Below, in pieces: positions 1-10,482 of a stretch of DNA of 64,000 nucleotides. This DNA comes from Selaginella moellendorffii. Its lineage: Eukaryota; Plantae; Lycopodiophyta. Numbering within the stretch: position 1 is the stretch's first letter; each line of letters starts with the position of its first letter. The DNA lies in NCBI RefSeq assembly GCF_000143415.4, contig NW_003314407.1, positions 186,001-250,000 on the forward strand, given 5' to 3'. The position numbers were made by a program, and so were the translations under genes. The notes beneath the pieces were generated by a model. The model was not told the origin of the DNA, did not search any database, and saw nothing but the letters and a program-made list of their open reading frames with translations.

Positions 1-565
1 ACGTAGCCGTACAAGCAAACACCGTTTCAGCAGTTAAAAGGGGTTTAGCAAAACTGTGAGGAAAGATCTTGTTTACGAACTTTTCCTGTAAACAAAGAGT
101 CCTCCGAAACTCCGTTACAGCAGTTACGAGACCAACTTTTGAAAAGGCAACTCCCTGGTGTAGAATAAAATCAATCAGTTATTCAGCTGCTTGCATTTTG
201 CGAGTAGCTTTTTATTCTTGAGGCAATTACAATTAATAGCATTCCAAAGCTTGAGATAAACTTCTTAGCATCTAGAGTCATTAGGGAACTCGAAAACTGC
301 CACTGCCGCTGCAACGTTCTTGAACGCACTAGAAGACCGTGGAACAGCACTGATATAAATATTCACATCCATGTTTTTGAGAGAAAAAATGTGATGCATT
401 AAAGGACTTTAAAAAAACTAAGGAACACCTCTAGAAAATAAAGTTTTAAATTTGAATTTTATTTCCACTCTTTCATAAAATCCAAAATTATTTATTTTAC
501 ATTTTAAATTAGAAGTCAAGCTGTGAACCTTAATAAGCCTAAGTCAAAAATTCATCCATAAAACA

Positions 566-1471
566 ATGTATAACATCATGAGAGTAATAATAGTTACCTT
601 AGTATTAATAATACATTTTAAAGTTTTTTCTGGACAACCTAGTATTAATGTTGGAGATATGAATTCTATAAATGAAATAGTTGTAAATGCTATTATACAA
701 GCTATTACAGATGCAATTAATGCTATACCAGATAATCCACTTCCTTCAAGACAAATGTTTTATGGAAATATTGTTGGTAAAAATCCAGAAACAAGAACTT
801 ATACCATTATAGGATATGGTGCTTTTTTCTTACAAAGAATTGGGGAAACTTGTAATATAGAATCTGGGGGGCATTTAGAATCTGGAGCTACTATAAGACA
901 ATCAATAAGTGGACTTTTTCAAGAAATAACTGAAAATTTAATAAATGATGCTGCCTCATATTTCATTGTAAGAAATAGCCAATTTCTTATTTATTATTTT
1001 ATTAGAAATTTTAATGGTCAACAACAAAGAAGGCAACAAGATTTAGCACAACATACTAAATGTAATATTTTTTCTAGCATGTTGATAAGTGGTTCCTTCA
1101 ATATGCCGTATCAGTATTTGTTATCAACACAATTTTTAATTTCTTCAAATAAAAAAACATATATGTATTTAAGTATTGATTGTAAATTAGGTATATATAA
1201 TGGTAAAATAGACTTATGGTTTTCAAAGAATTTAATTGAAGGAAAAAATTGCATTTTAAGATTACAAGAAGATGGAAATTTAGTTTTATATTCTTACAAT
1301 AATAAAGTTGTTTGGTCATCAAATACTAATTGTATGCAATATAATTGCTATAAAAATACATATTTAGTAATACAAAATAATTGCAATTTAGTTTTATATA
1401 CTATTTATCAGAAATCATTTAATATAAACCCTAAATTAGAAGCTATATGGGATTCAAAAACATTTTGCTAA
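566..1471 (+). CDS. Secreted protein: signal peptide + unknown ~140-aa domain + C-terminal bulb-type (GNA-like) lectin domain; intronless, very AT-rich
   Basis: Intact 301-aa ORF with a hydrophobic N-terminus (start 566 or 578). QxDxNxVxY motif QEDGNLVLY...VVWSSNT, plus QNNCNLVLY. Paralogue at 54814-55701. Confidence 0.85.
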   Translation: MYNIMRVIIVTLVLIIHFKVFSGQPSINVGDMNSINEIVVNAIIQAITDAINAIPDNPLPSRQMFYGNIVGKNPETRTYTIIGYGAFFLQRIGETCNIESGGHLESGATIRQSISGLFQEITENLINDAASYFIVRNSQFLIYYFIRNFNGQQQRRQQDLAQHTKCNIFSSMLISGSFNMPYQYLLSTQFLISSNKKTYMYLSIDCKLGIYNGKIDLWFSKNLIEGKNCILRLQEDGNLVLYSYNNKVVWSSNTNCMQYNCYKNTYLVIQNNCNLVLYTIYQKSFNINPKLEAIWDSKTFC

Positions 1472-2015
1472 AACTATCAGTTCAGTGCATTTTTAGTATA
1501 TTATTCAATAATAAACATAACTATATACTTTCTTATATTTAATTAAATTAAATTAGTTTATAATAATAACTAATTTATATTTAAACTATTCTATACTTAT
1601 AGGAAGTTAAATGCAAGCATAAAGCACTAATATTAAGTGGAATTTAAGTGTTAGCTCCCTAGCATATACTAGGAAAAGAAAAGAAAAATAAAACAAACTT
1701 TGAAAAAAATTACTATCCTTAATAGCATTTATATCTTGGGAAGAATATACACTATTGTTTCAGCCATTTTGAGTTCCTTTAAAAGAAAAATTTCATCATA
1801 ATATATGGGTACTAGCAAATTATAGGGGTTTATGACATGGAGATAAACAATATCTATATGATTATACTATGCAATCAAAATTCTAAACAAAAATATTTTT
1901 AAAATATTAACAATAATCTAGATATATCTAAACTAATTACTTTACTACATATTTTATATAGTCTTAAATCTAACTATGTGATATGCAACAACATTTTGGT
2001 TTGCTTAATAGTAGT

Positions 2016-5000
2016 TGTAAGATCCAAATGTACAGCTATAATGTCATATATTAATATTAGCATAGTGGGATTTTGATAGCTGTAGAATTGATTTCATTTC
2101 AAACCATTTGCTCATGTATATAAACTAAGGTTTTTGGGTTAATTGATATTCATATTTTTGTATTTTATTTCCATATTTCATACATTCATATTGGTGTAGG
2201 TGAGGGGCAACTTTGATTATCTCTAAGGCATGTTTGGATTTAGGATTTTGATTTAGATTTAGCTTTTGTATTGTTTAGATCTCCCTTTCTTTATAGCTTT
2301 TTTGATTTCTTCTTTTTTACTTTCTTCTTTTCGTTCATCTTCATGGTATAATAATAGCCTCTTCCTTTAACTTTGGAGTAGCAAATGGTGTAGTTGCTCA
2401 ATGTTATGTGGTTATAGTTGAATAATTAAACCCAGTTGATGGCAATATTCATGGCACATGGTACAGCTCTTCCTGCTTTTGATGCCAATCCTCACGTTCA
2501 GCTGAAGTTATTCCATAGATGATGTGTATAATCACTTTATGATAATTGCCTTATATCATTATTAGAATGATGTTTAGCATTTGCGTAGTTTCCCATATGT
2601 CTCTAAGGGACAATACTATAATGGTACAATGGTTTGAGCACAGCCACTTATAAGGATTGGAGCATTCTCCTGAACATCTTTAAATACAAATTTAGACATG
2701 TTAATAATTGTGATAATACCTTCCAACAATTATATTATTTTTGTCAAGGGCCATTTGAGTCAGTGATGCAATTTGGCATCTATTTCTAAAACTTTTTGCT
2801 TCGTGTGGAGCCAAATATGTTGGGGCGGATTAAATTGGGAATGTTGTGGCCAGCATCTTATCAAAATTTTGTAGAACTTATGTATGCACTTGTTTTAACC
2901 ACACTTGACAATGCTCTTTATTTAACACAACGTTATCAGACATTACCTCTTCCACTTCTTATTACACATCCTTTAAATCCACTTCCTATTTGCAATGGTC
3001 CTATTCCAATAAGGTTGATGTTACTTCTATTCGAGTTCAAAGATAAAAGTGAAGATGTGGTTGTGGCCATGATATTTGCTGTTGGGTGTGTGATAAAGTT
3101 GGTCACACTTATTGGTGTTATTGTTGTTTTTTAGATTAGCAACCTCTATTTCCTAGGTAAAGACCTTAGCATCAACAACATCTTATTCGTGCTACTACAA
3201 TAGAAAGTTTAGACACTGAGATGTTTATGGAAAATAAAAAGTCACACGAGTAACAGAGGGTCCTCACGTAAATAAGTCAGTGACCTCTCTATCTTTCTTT
3301 TGAGAGTATTATCAAGGGATTCACTTGGCACCAATTTATTCAGTGTTTACTTTTCAAACTTATTTTTATAACAAAAGGTTTCCTATTATTCTCTCTATGT
3401 TAGTTAATACAAGCATGAGTTTACCTTCTATTTCTTGGCTTATTACCACACATTGCCATCTACATTTGTGTCATGTGGCAAAGTTAGTTTTCATTCTTTA
3501 TGACAACAACCATACATATGTATATGCACGGGATGAGGTGAACCTAGTTATGTATGTGGGCAATTTCAAGCTTGAGCTACAGTTATTGCAAATAATGTTG
3601 AGTTAAGCTTTTGACCTCATCCTTGATATGGATTAGTAATAGCATAATCATGCCAAGTGTGACTTTGAAGCTTCTCCTCATTGTCTTATACTTTTTTATA
3701 TTTCTTCCATTTCTCTCACTTATATTCATTTTCATCCACCTCTGTTTGCATCACTTTTGTCTCCCTATTACTTCCTCTTATATTTCTGTTTTGTTCATTT
3801 ATTCCCTTTTCAAATCCCTCTAACAATCTTTGTATTGTAGTGGTTGATCGGCTCAATAAGGAGTATACTTGTTGCAAATGTGACTTCAAGTATTGAAAAT
3901 TACCTATCGGCTAGTCCTTACGGACACTCTTACCATACTGTCACGATGGCAAGAGGTTAGTATTGCTAATTCCCTTTATTGGCCCCTCTTGTTCAAGTGT
4001 TAGTAAACTAGGCTTAGCATCTGTACTTGGCCGGATGAGCATAAGGAAGGAATTCCTAAGTGTCTATTTAGCTGAGCATACTTGGCCCGGCTTGTTAGTT
4101 CTCTTTTGCACTGTCTTGCATTGGCTTGACAAGAACCCTCGCGTATTGAGATTGGTCCCTCAATATCGCTGAATGATAGCTTACCGTGTCTGCCAAACAC
4201 CCTCGCTATTATGCCCTTTGTATTAGTCTTATTTCGGTCCCAAATGCTATTTATGGAAAGTGTCCAGATTTGCTCATTTGGCATATCTACAGAATGTAGA
4301 GATTGGCTTGAACACAATGGTGTTCGTTCCATATCCAAATTCGCAATCTAGTGCCATTCCATATCTAGTAAGTTTCGAGCTTGTCCCAGAGATTAACTCC
4401 TAATACTAAGGGAGGCTTGGGGTGAAAGCCCAAAGAGTGTGTTCCTCAAGGGGCGGGGGGGAGGGGGGCTATGGGGGGTTCCAAATATATAGTAAGGATA
4501 GTGGGTAGGTCGGGCATGGCCGACCAACTTGAGGCATAGTTTAGCTCTTGCTTGCATGCCTGTTCTTGTTTTGCGTCCGACTTGGGTCTAAGCTCAAATT
4601 CTATTCCATGCTAGTTGGTGGAGTACCCATGTCCTTGCGTTAAGCCACCGGTATGCCGAAATAGCGCCAGACTCCGTTTGGCTCCGTTTTGCGTGCTGGT
4701 CCTAGCATTGGGATGCTAGTTGCTCCAGGATTGTTCCAAATCGCTCCGGGCTCTTGTCCCTTCGCTCCTTAAGCTATATGCTTGGGAGTTGCTCCGTGGT
4801 TCAGTTCCGTTGCTCCTATGCTCCATGCTTGGGAGTTTGGCACTGTTCCTTCATTCAGTGGCCCAAGGCCCTGAACTCATGTTCCACACCACTGTCCTTT
4901 GGACACGTGGCACAAAGAGGGTTTAGGTTTTGCTTCGTGGTCTTATCCTATGGTAAATCACCATAGGATAAAAGGGTCAAAACCACATGCACTACAATAT

Positions 5001-7439
5001 CAATCTCTTTGAATTTGACCTATCATCTGGGACTAAAATAGCAGTATGTTATTTTATTCCCATTGGGAATGCTAGTTCAATCAAGATTCATGTTTGTCGT
5101 CGATCACCAAAAGAGATGAAAATTTTATATGCAAACATCAAGGAAATATTAGAAAAGGGTGTTATTCGAAAGTTGCGGAATTCTTGAATGTGTAAACCTC
5201 ATCTTGTGACAAAGCCTAATAGGAGTATTCACTTTTGCATTGACTATTGTATATCAAACAAAGTAACAATCCCAGATGTGTATTTTATTCCTCACATTGC
5301 TGATCTCTTGGATCATCTGGGAAAAGTCATTGATTCGCTAAGTTAGATATTGTTTTTGGGTACTAGCAAGTGTCAATGGTCAAGGAAAAGATCCTTAAGA
5401 TTAGTTTTTATACACTATTTAGTTTGTATAAGGTTTTGGTGATGCTGTTTGGTTTGAACAATACTCTAACAACCTTTCAGTAGATGACGGACAAGGTTCT
5501 TTAGAATACGCTAGAAGTGATTGCTAACTTCATCAATAATGTTTTCATGCACTCAAAGGGGATGTGGGAGGAACATATTTGTGCTATTCGTAAGGTGTTA
5601 GATTAGCTATCAAAAGTTGATTTAAAACTAAAGTGGTCGAAGTGTTTGTTTAGGTCCAAGGACATGCTTTATCTTGGGTATTATATTTCTCATGAGGGAA
5701 AGATGATCTTGATAAACTTGTGGATATTCTGAAGTTTTGTATTCCAAAGTGTGTGAACGATATGTAACACTTCTTGGGCAAGGTACAGTATTTTAGTTGT
5801 TTTGTTGATCATCTTTCTAATCGCACTACACTGTTATGAGTGTTGCTGAAGTCATCAACATTATTTTTCATCTGGTTTGTGGACTGTGAATGGGCATTTG
5901 TGGACTGTGGATTTGAAGGCTTCACGATAGATTTGAGAATTTTGCATCACTTAATAATGATTTACTATTTTGGCATTTACATTCTTAATATCACCATGAG
6001 AACCGTTTTCTTTATTTTGTGAGAACAGATCCTAATGATTATTTATAGCTAGTGGTGCCTTCAATCTTTATTTCATGCTTTCTTCATAGCTACCATGATT
6101 CTCTTATTTTAGGTAGGCATATAGGATATCTTCTTATGATTAAGAACCTATACAAGTCTTTTGATTGGCCAAAGATGCAACGTGATATTAATTGGTATGT
6201 GCATAGTTGTATTTGGTGCTAAACTCTTAATACTCCCCCTAGTAATAGAAGGATAATTAAAGTTAATTGTAGTTTTCCGTCCATTTGAGTTAGTGGTGTT
6301 TGATTTGATAGAGCCTCTTCCATAGTCAATTATTGACAATGAGTATGTCATTATTGTTTTTGATTACATTACTTGCTATGTGGAAATTGAAGCTCTTGCT
6401 AGTGTGTTTGTAATTGCTATTTGATACTTCTTCCTCAATTGAATAGTGTTTTAATATTGTTGTTCAGAGTGAATTCTTTTGGATAATAGTCTTTCATTTA
6501 TGGCTAAGGCATTTTATGTTTTGACGTCTCATTTGGGGATACACCACATTTTTATGAGTGCTTATTATCCACAGTCAAATGGTTTGGTGGAATGACTCAT
6601 TTAGATCTTCAAAAAGATGATCATGAAGTACATGAACTTTTAGCATTCGAATAGAGATGGTTATTTACCATCTTTTAAATATATATATGTCATAGGGCTA
6701 TAAAGTTTTGTTGATGCTTTACCATATAAACTCTTTTATAGTTATGATTCAATATTACCAATAGAGTAAGTTTACCTTTGCAATTGGCATAAACTACTGA
6801 TGTTAAGTTTTTGGATCAGTATTTGACAAGTATTCTTCCACTTATTGCAATAGAGTTTACTAAACACCTAGGCCATGTACAAATAGGATAACAACAACAC
6901 TACAACTCCCATCATCATCCACTTATGAAGTACAAAGTGAATGACTTGGTGTTAATCTATTTTCTTAATTTTATGGTATGTGGTTTGTTTAAGGGGCTCA
7001 TTGTTCAATGGAAGGGACTATATTGAGTGTTATAGCAAGTTAGACTGCAAATTTATAAAGTTTGGCATGACATCTAACAAGCTAATCCTCTAGAAATTAT
7101 GCATGTTCAATAGCTTAAACACTTTGTACAAAGGGATTAAAAATAATTGACACCACCTATAAATTCACTAATGCCTCTTCTTGATATTCCTCCAGATTCT
7201 AGCCCATCCACAAAAGAACCTTGATTATGTTCTATCATTCCAAAAGGAGGGGATGATGTGAACTCAAAGTGTATGGCTACAATGTCGTATATTAATATTA
7301 GTATAGTGGGATTTTAATAGCCATTTTAGATTAAAACCATGATTGGTTTTAATCTAAAACTTTTCTATATAAACTAAGGTTTTTGGGTTAATTGACATGC
7401 ACATTTTTATATTCCATTTCTATATTCTATGCACTCATA
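2016..7439 (+). mobile_element. Degenerate Ty3/Gypsy LTR retrotransposon
   Basis: Similar ~180-bp LTRs at 2016-2190 and 7257-7439, PPT AAAAGGAGGGGA at 7242-7253, and flanking TAGT/TAGT. Decayed RT (EILEKGVIR, FCIDY, ~5000-5700) precedes decayed integrase (GIDLIEPLP-like, SAYYPQSNGLVE, ~6290-6600), i.e. Gypsy order. Confidence 0.85.
3870..4996 (+). mobile_element. Solo LTR nested in the Gypsy element
   Basis: TGTTGCAAATG...GCACTACA termini. Homologous in reverse to 43376-44014 and 47869-48381. Flanks ATACT/ATATC fit a deaminated 5-bp TSD. Confidence 0.75.
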
Positions 7440-8037
7440 TAGTGTAATTTTTATTTATTAATCTAATTAATCAAATGGTAGTTTATAATTATAAACATGC
7501 TCATAATTTATAACACAAGATTAATCTTATTTAATATCAAGAATAAAATAGAATATACTAGGAAGTGCTTAGGAAAGTTTATAAATTATAAACAACAAGA
7601 TTAATCTAAATGAATAACAACCATTAGATGGTAGAATATCCTAGAATTTCCAAGAATATTTTATTTATATTTCTAAGCAAACCAAAACGGTAAAATAAAG
7701 TTATAAAAGAATAATTAACTTAATCATTATTACATATTTTTAAGGACAGTTGCATAGAATGTATCGAGCATCAAAGCATTTTAGGCGCCCCATGAGAAAA
7801 ATCTATATTTGAAAGAGTATAAAGTAGCCTTTGCAATCATAAAATATAAAATCATATCACTCAAAGGAGATTTATGAATCTGAATAAACTTTTTAACTTA
7901 CCAAAACTTCCTACTTACTATTTTGATATCCTAGTGGATCATTTTCCCAATTGCCCTCAATTTGTTTCAGACAAAAGCTCTCCTCTTTTGACATCTTGGG
8001 TTCAATCTTATGCTTTCATTTGGACTCAGTTATATTC

Positions 8038-8111
8038 AAGAAATTTTTTTAAAACCAGTTGTAGTTCATTATATAAGAAATTCTTTTTAAACCAGTTGTA
8101 GTTCATTATAT
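8038..8111. repeat. Two-copy ~37-bp tandem duplication
   Basis: AAGAAATT..TTTTAAACCAGTTGTAGTTCATTATAT occurs twice in tandem. Confidence 0.8.
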
Positions 8112-8603
8112 TACATGTTTGAATCCAGAACAACACCATTTAAACTTAAGCCAGTTGAGTTGAGAAATTGGTCAACAGAAGAGCATATGGAGTGCTTGTT
8201 TTGGAGCGGGTGACAATGTCACCACTACATTATTATGTGCAAAGAAAACCTACCACAAATTTCTTGCTGCAACAAATGTCCTGCAAACACCAACTTGTGC
8301 TGGAACAGTTAGTCCAGACCAAAAGGAAGAAAAAGAGAAAAACGAAACAACTTAAGTGTACAGACCTATTCTAAACCGCACAGGTTTCCACCGTACAGCA
8401 CCAAAGTCCCCTTGGAACCCACCACCACAGCCACCAGCAGACTATTTAAAACCCAGCACAAAATTAGATGCTGAAAGAACAGAAAAACAAATGCAAGCTC
8501 ACAAATCTGCAACACGAGACTACAGTCCAAACCTTCAAAAGTGTCATTCCGACGACTAAATGACTACCACAACTAGAAGGACAGCGTCTCGTAGGCATCG
8601 AGA

Positions 8604-10350
8604 TTATGACTCCTGCACCGAAAGAGCGCAACTTTTAGACTCTGCTACTTGGTGAAAGCCAACAAATGGAATCTACTTACATCGGGGTCGGTGTTGTAGG
8701 GGCTCTGGATATCGACGCCGATGCCAGCGGGACTTACGGGTCCTGGAGAAGCTTCACGCTTTCCATTGGAGTAGCTTTTCTCTGGCGACAAACTTCGGAC
8801 TGGAGACCGCTCGCTTTTCCTGCAAAGTAGATGAGAAATGTGTCCAGAAGGAGACGTTTCTTACCTTGCTTGCTCCAAAGGACTTGCGTCTCTGTTCGCC
8901 GTCGTCACTGGCCTTGGTGATCCCAACGCTGTTTCCCGGACAGGACTCGATAACCGAGCTGGAGCAGGACTGAAAGAGAGAAAAGAACCTCAAAAAGCGT
9001 GTGCTAAAGATCAGGAGGCAATGCACGCGTACCTTAGTGGTGCTGGTGACGAGTTAGTACGTTCGACGGGCCTTCCTCTTGCCTCGCGATGATCATCTTC
9101 TGCATAGCGGTCCCTGCTCCGGCTCCTACTTCGGCCGCCTCTTCCAACCTCGGCATCAAAGCGATCCCGCTCGTATCTTTCTTTGGTCCGACCAACGTCG
9201 TGTGAGTCCCGGCTTCGTTCATGTTGATGCCTGTAGTCACGTTCGTGTCTATCTCTGCGCTCGTATCTGTCTCTCATGCGATCGTGCTCATAAAAGTGAT
9301 CGTCCCGGCTTCGTTCGTGCTCGTATCTGTCTCTTCCGCGGAAGTTGTCGCGATAATCCCTCCCTCGTCCATACTCTTCCCTGTATCGACTGTGCAAAAG
9401 ATTCACGTCAGCTGCCGCCAACCATTTCTATGAACTGTAAGAAAATGGCCAACCTTGGTCGTCTCGGGCTCCGACTCCGTGACCTGCTGCATATGGACGT
9501 TGTTATTCTTCCACAATATCTGCCAGAAGCAAGCACATTGTTCTGAGCACGATCCGCGAAGAAATGAAGGAAGAAAAACAAGCAGCCACGCAGAAAATCT
9601 AATCATCTAAGACTCCTGCATTTTGAGAGATCAAATCGTGGATCGTGTCGCCTCCCTCCCAAAACAGACTCACATCTTTTCATCGTTCCGACCATACTTT
9701 GCAAACTGTACTGCAATCTGCCTTCCATCAATGGTCATACCTGCGTGATGCTAGGGAAATTAAACACACAACCATGACTTACGTTGATTCAGAGTTCTTG
9801 TCATACTTTGCAAACTGAACCATGATGTTACGTCCGTTCAGATTCTTACCTGCGAAAAAAAACGCGCATTTGTCACTGGAGCTCACGGAAAACAAGAAAG
9901 AACAGCACAAAATGCAATGCATGTACCGTCCAGTCTATCGATCGCCTTTTGTGCTTCATCCACATGCTTGTAGCGTACAAATGCGAATCCTCGTGACTCA
10001 CCAGACCTAGAGAATGGAAGATAGTCAAAAGAGAGCAAAGAAAAAAACCAAACAACCAAAACAAAAACGGTTTATTTTTTGCTCTCTAGCTTACAAACCT
10101 GCGATCTCTGGGGATGAAAATGTCCACAACTTTGCCGTAGCGATCGAAGAGAGGGTAGAGATCATCGGCGGTAGTTCCTGCAGTCCCACATTTTCATTTC
10201 ATTACATCGCTCGCGAATTGGAGATCATGGAAGAGAAAAGGGAGCGATCGATCGATCGATCGATCCAAGCTTACTGAATGTGATGTTGAGGACGAGAAGC
10301 GAGTACGTATCCCGTATGTCGGGCGGGCCGGCACGTCCGAAATGCGACAT
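8604..10350 (-). CDS. SC35: SR splicing factor of the SC35/SRSF2 subfamily (RRM + RS/RD-rich region), multi-exon
   Basis: MSHFGRAGPPDIRDTYSLLVLNITF / RTTADDLYPLFDRYGKVVDIFIPRDRR / GESRGFAFVRY / VQFAKYG, followed by RSRSRS exons. GT-AG introns keep frame to TAA at 8604-8606. Confidence 0.93.
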
Positions 10351-10482
10351 TGTTCCCTCGACAATGGCGCATGCATCCACACAAACCCTAGAACGAAGAA
10401 GAAGAAGAAGAAAGCCAACCACAAATCCAACAGCCCAGATGCGCCCACCGTTCGATCCCCCATCCAACGGCTAGGGATTGGA

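Noticed and set aside
10342-10482. 47-aa N-terminal extension of the first PPR ORF
   Set aside because: It overlaps the SC35 start codon and its 5' leader (the poly-Lys comes from a CTT repeat); ATG 10483 is more plausible.
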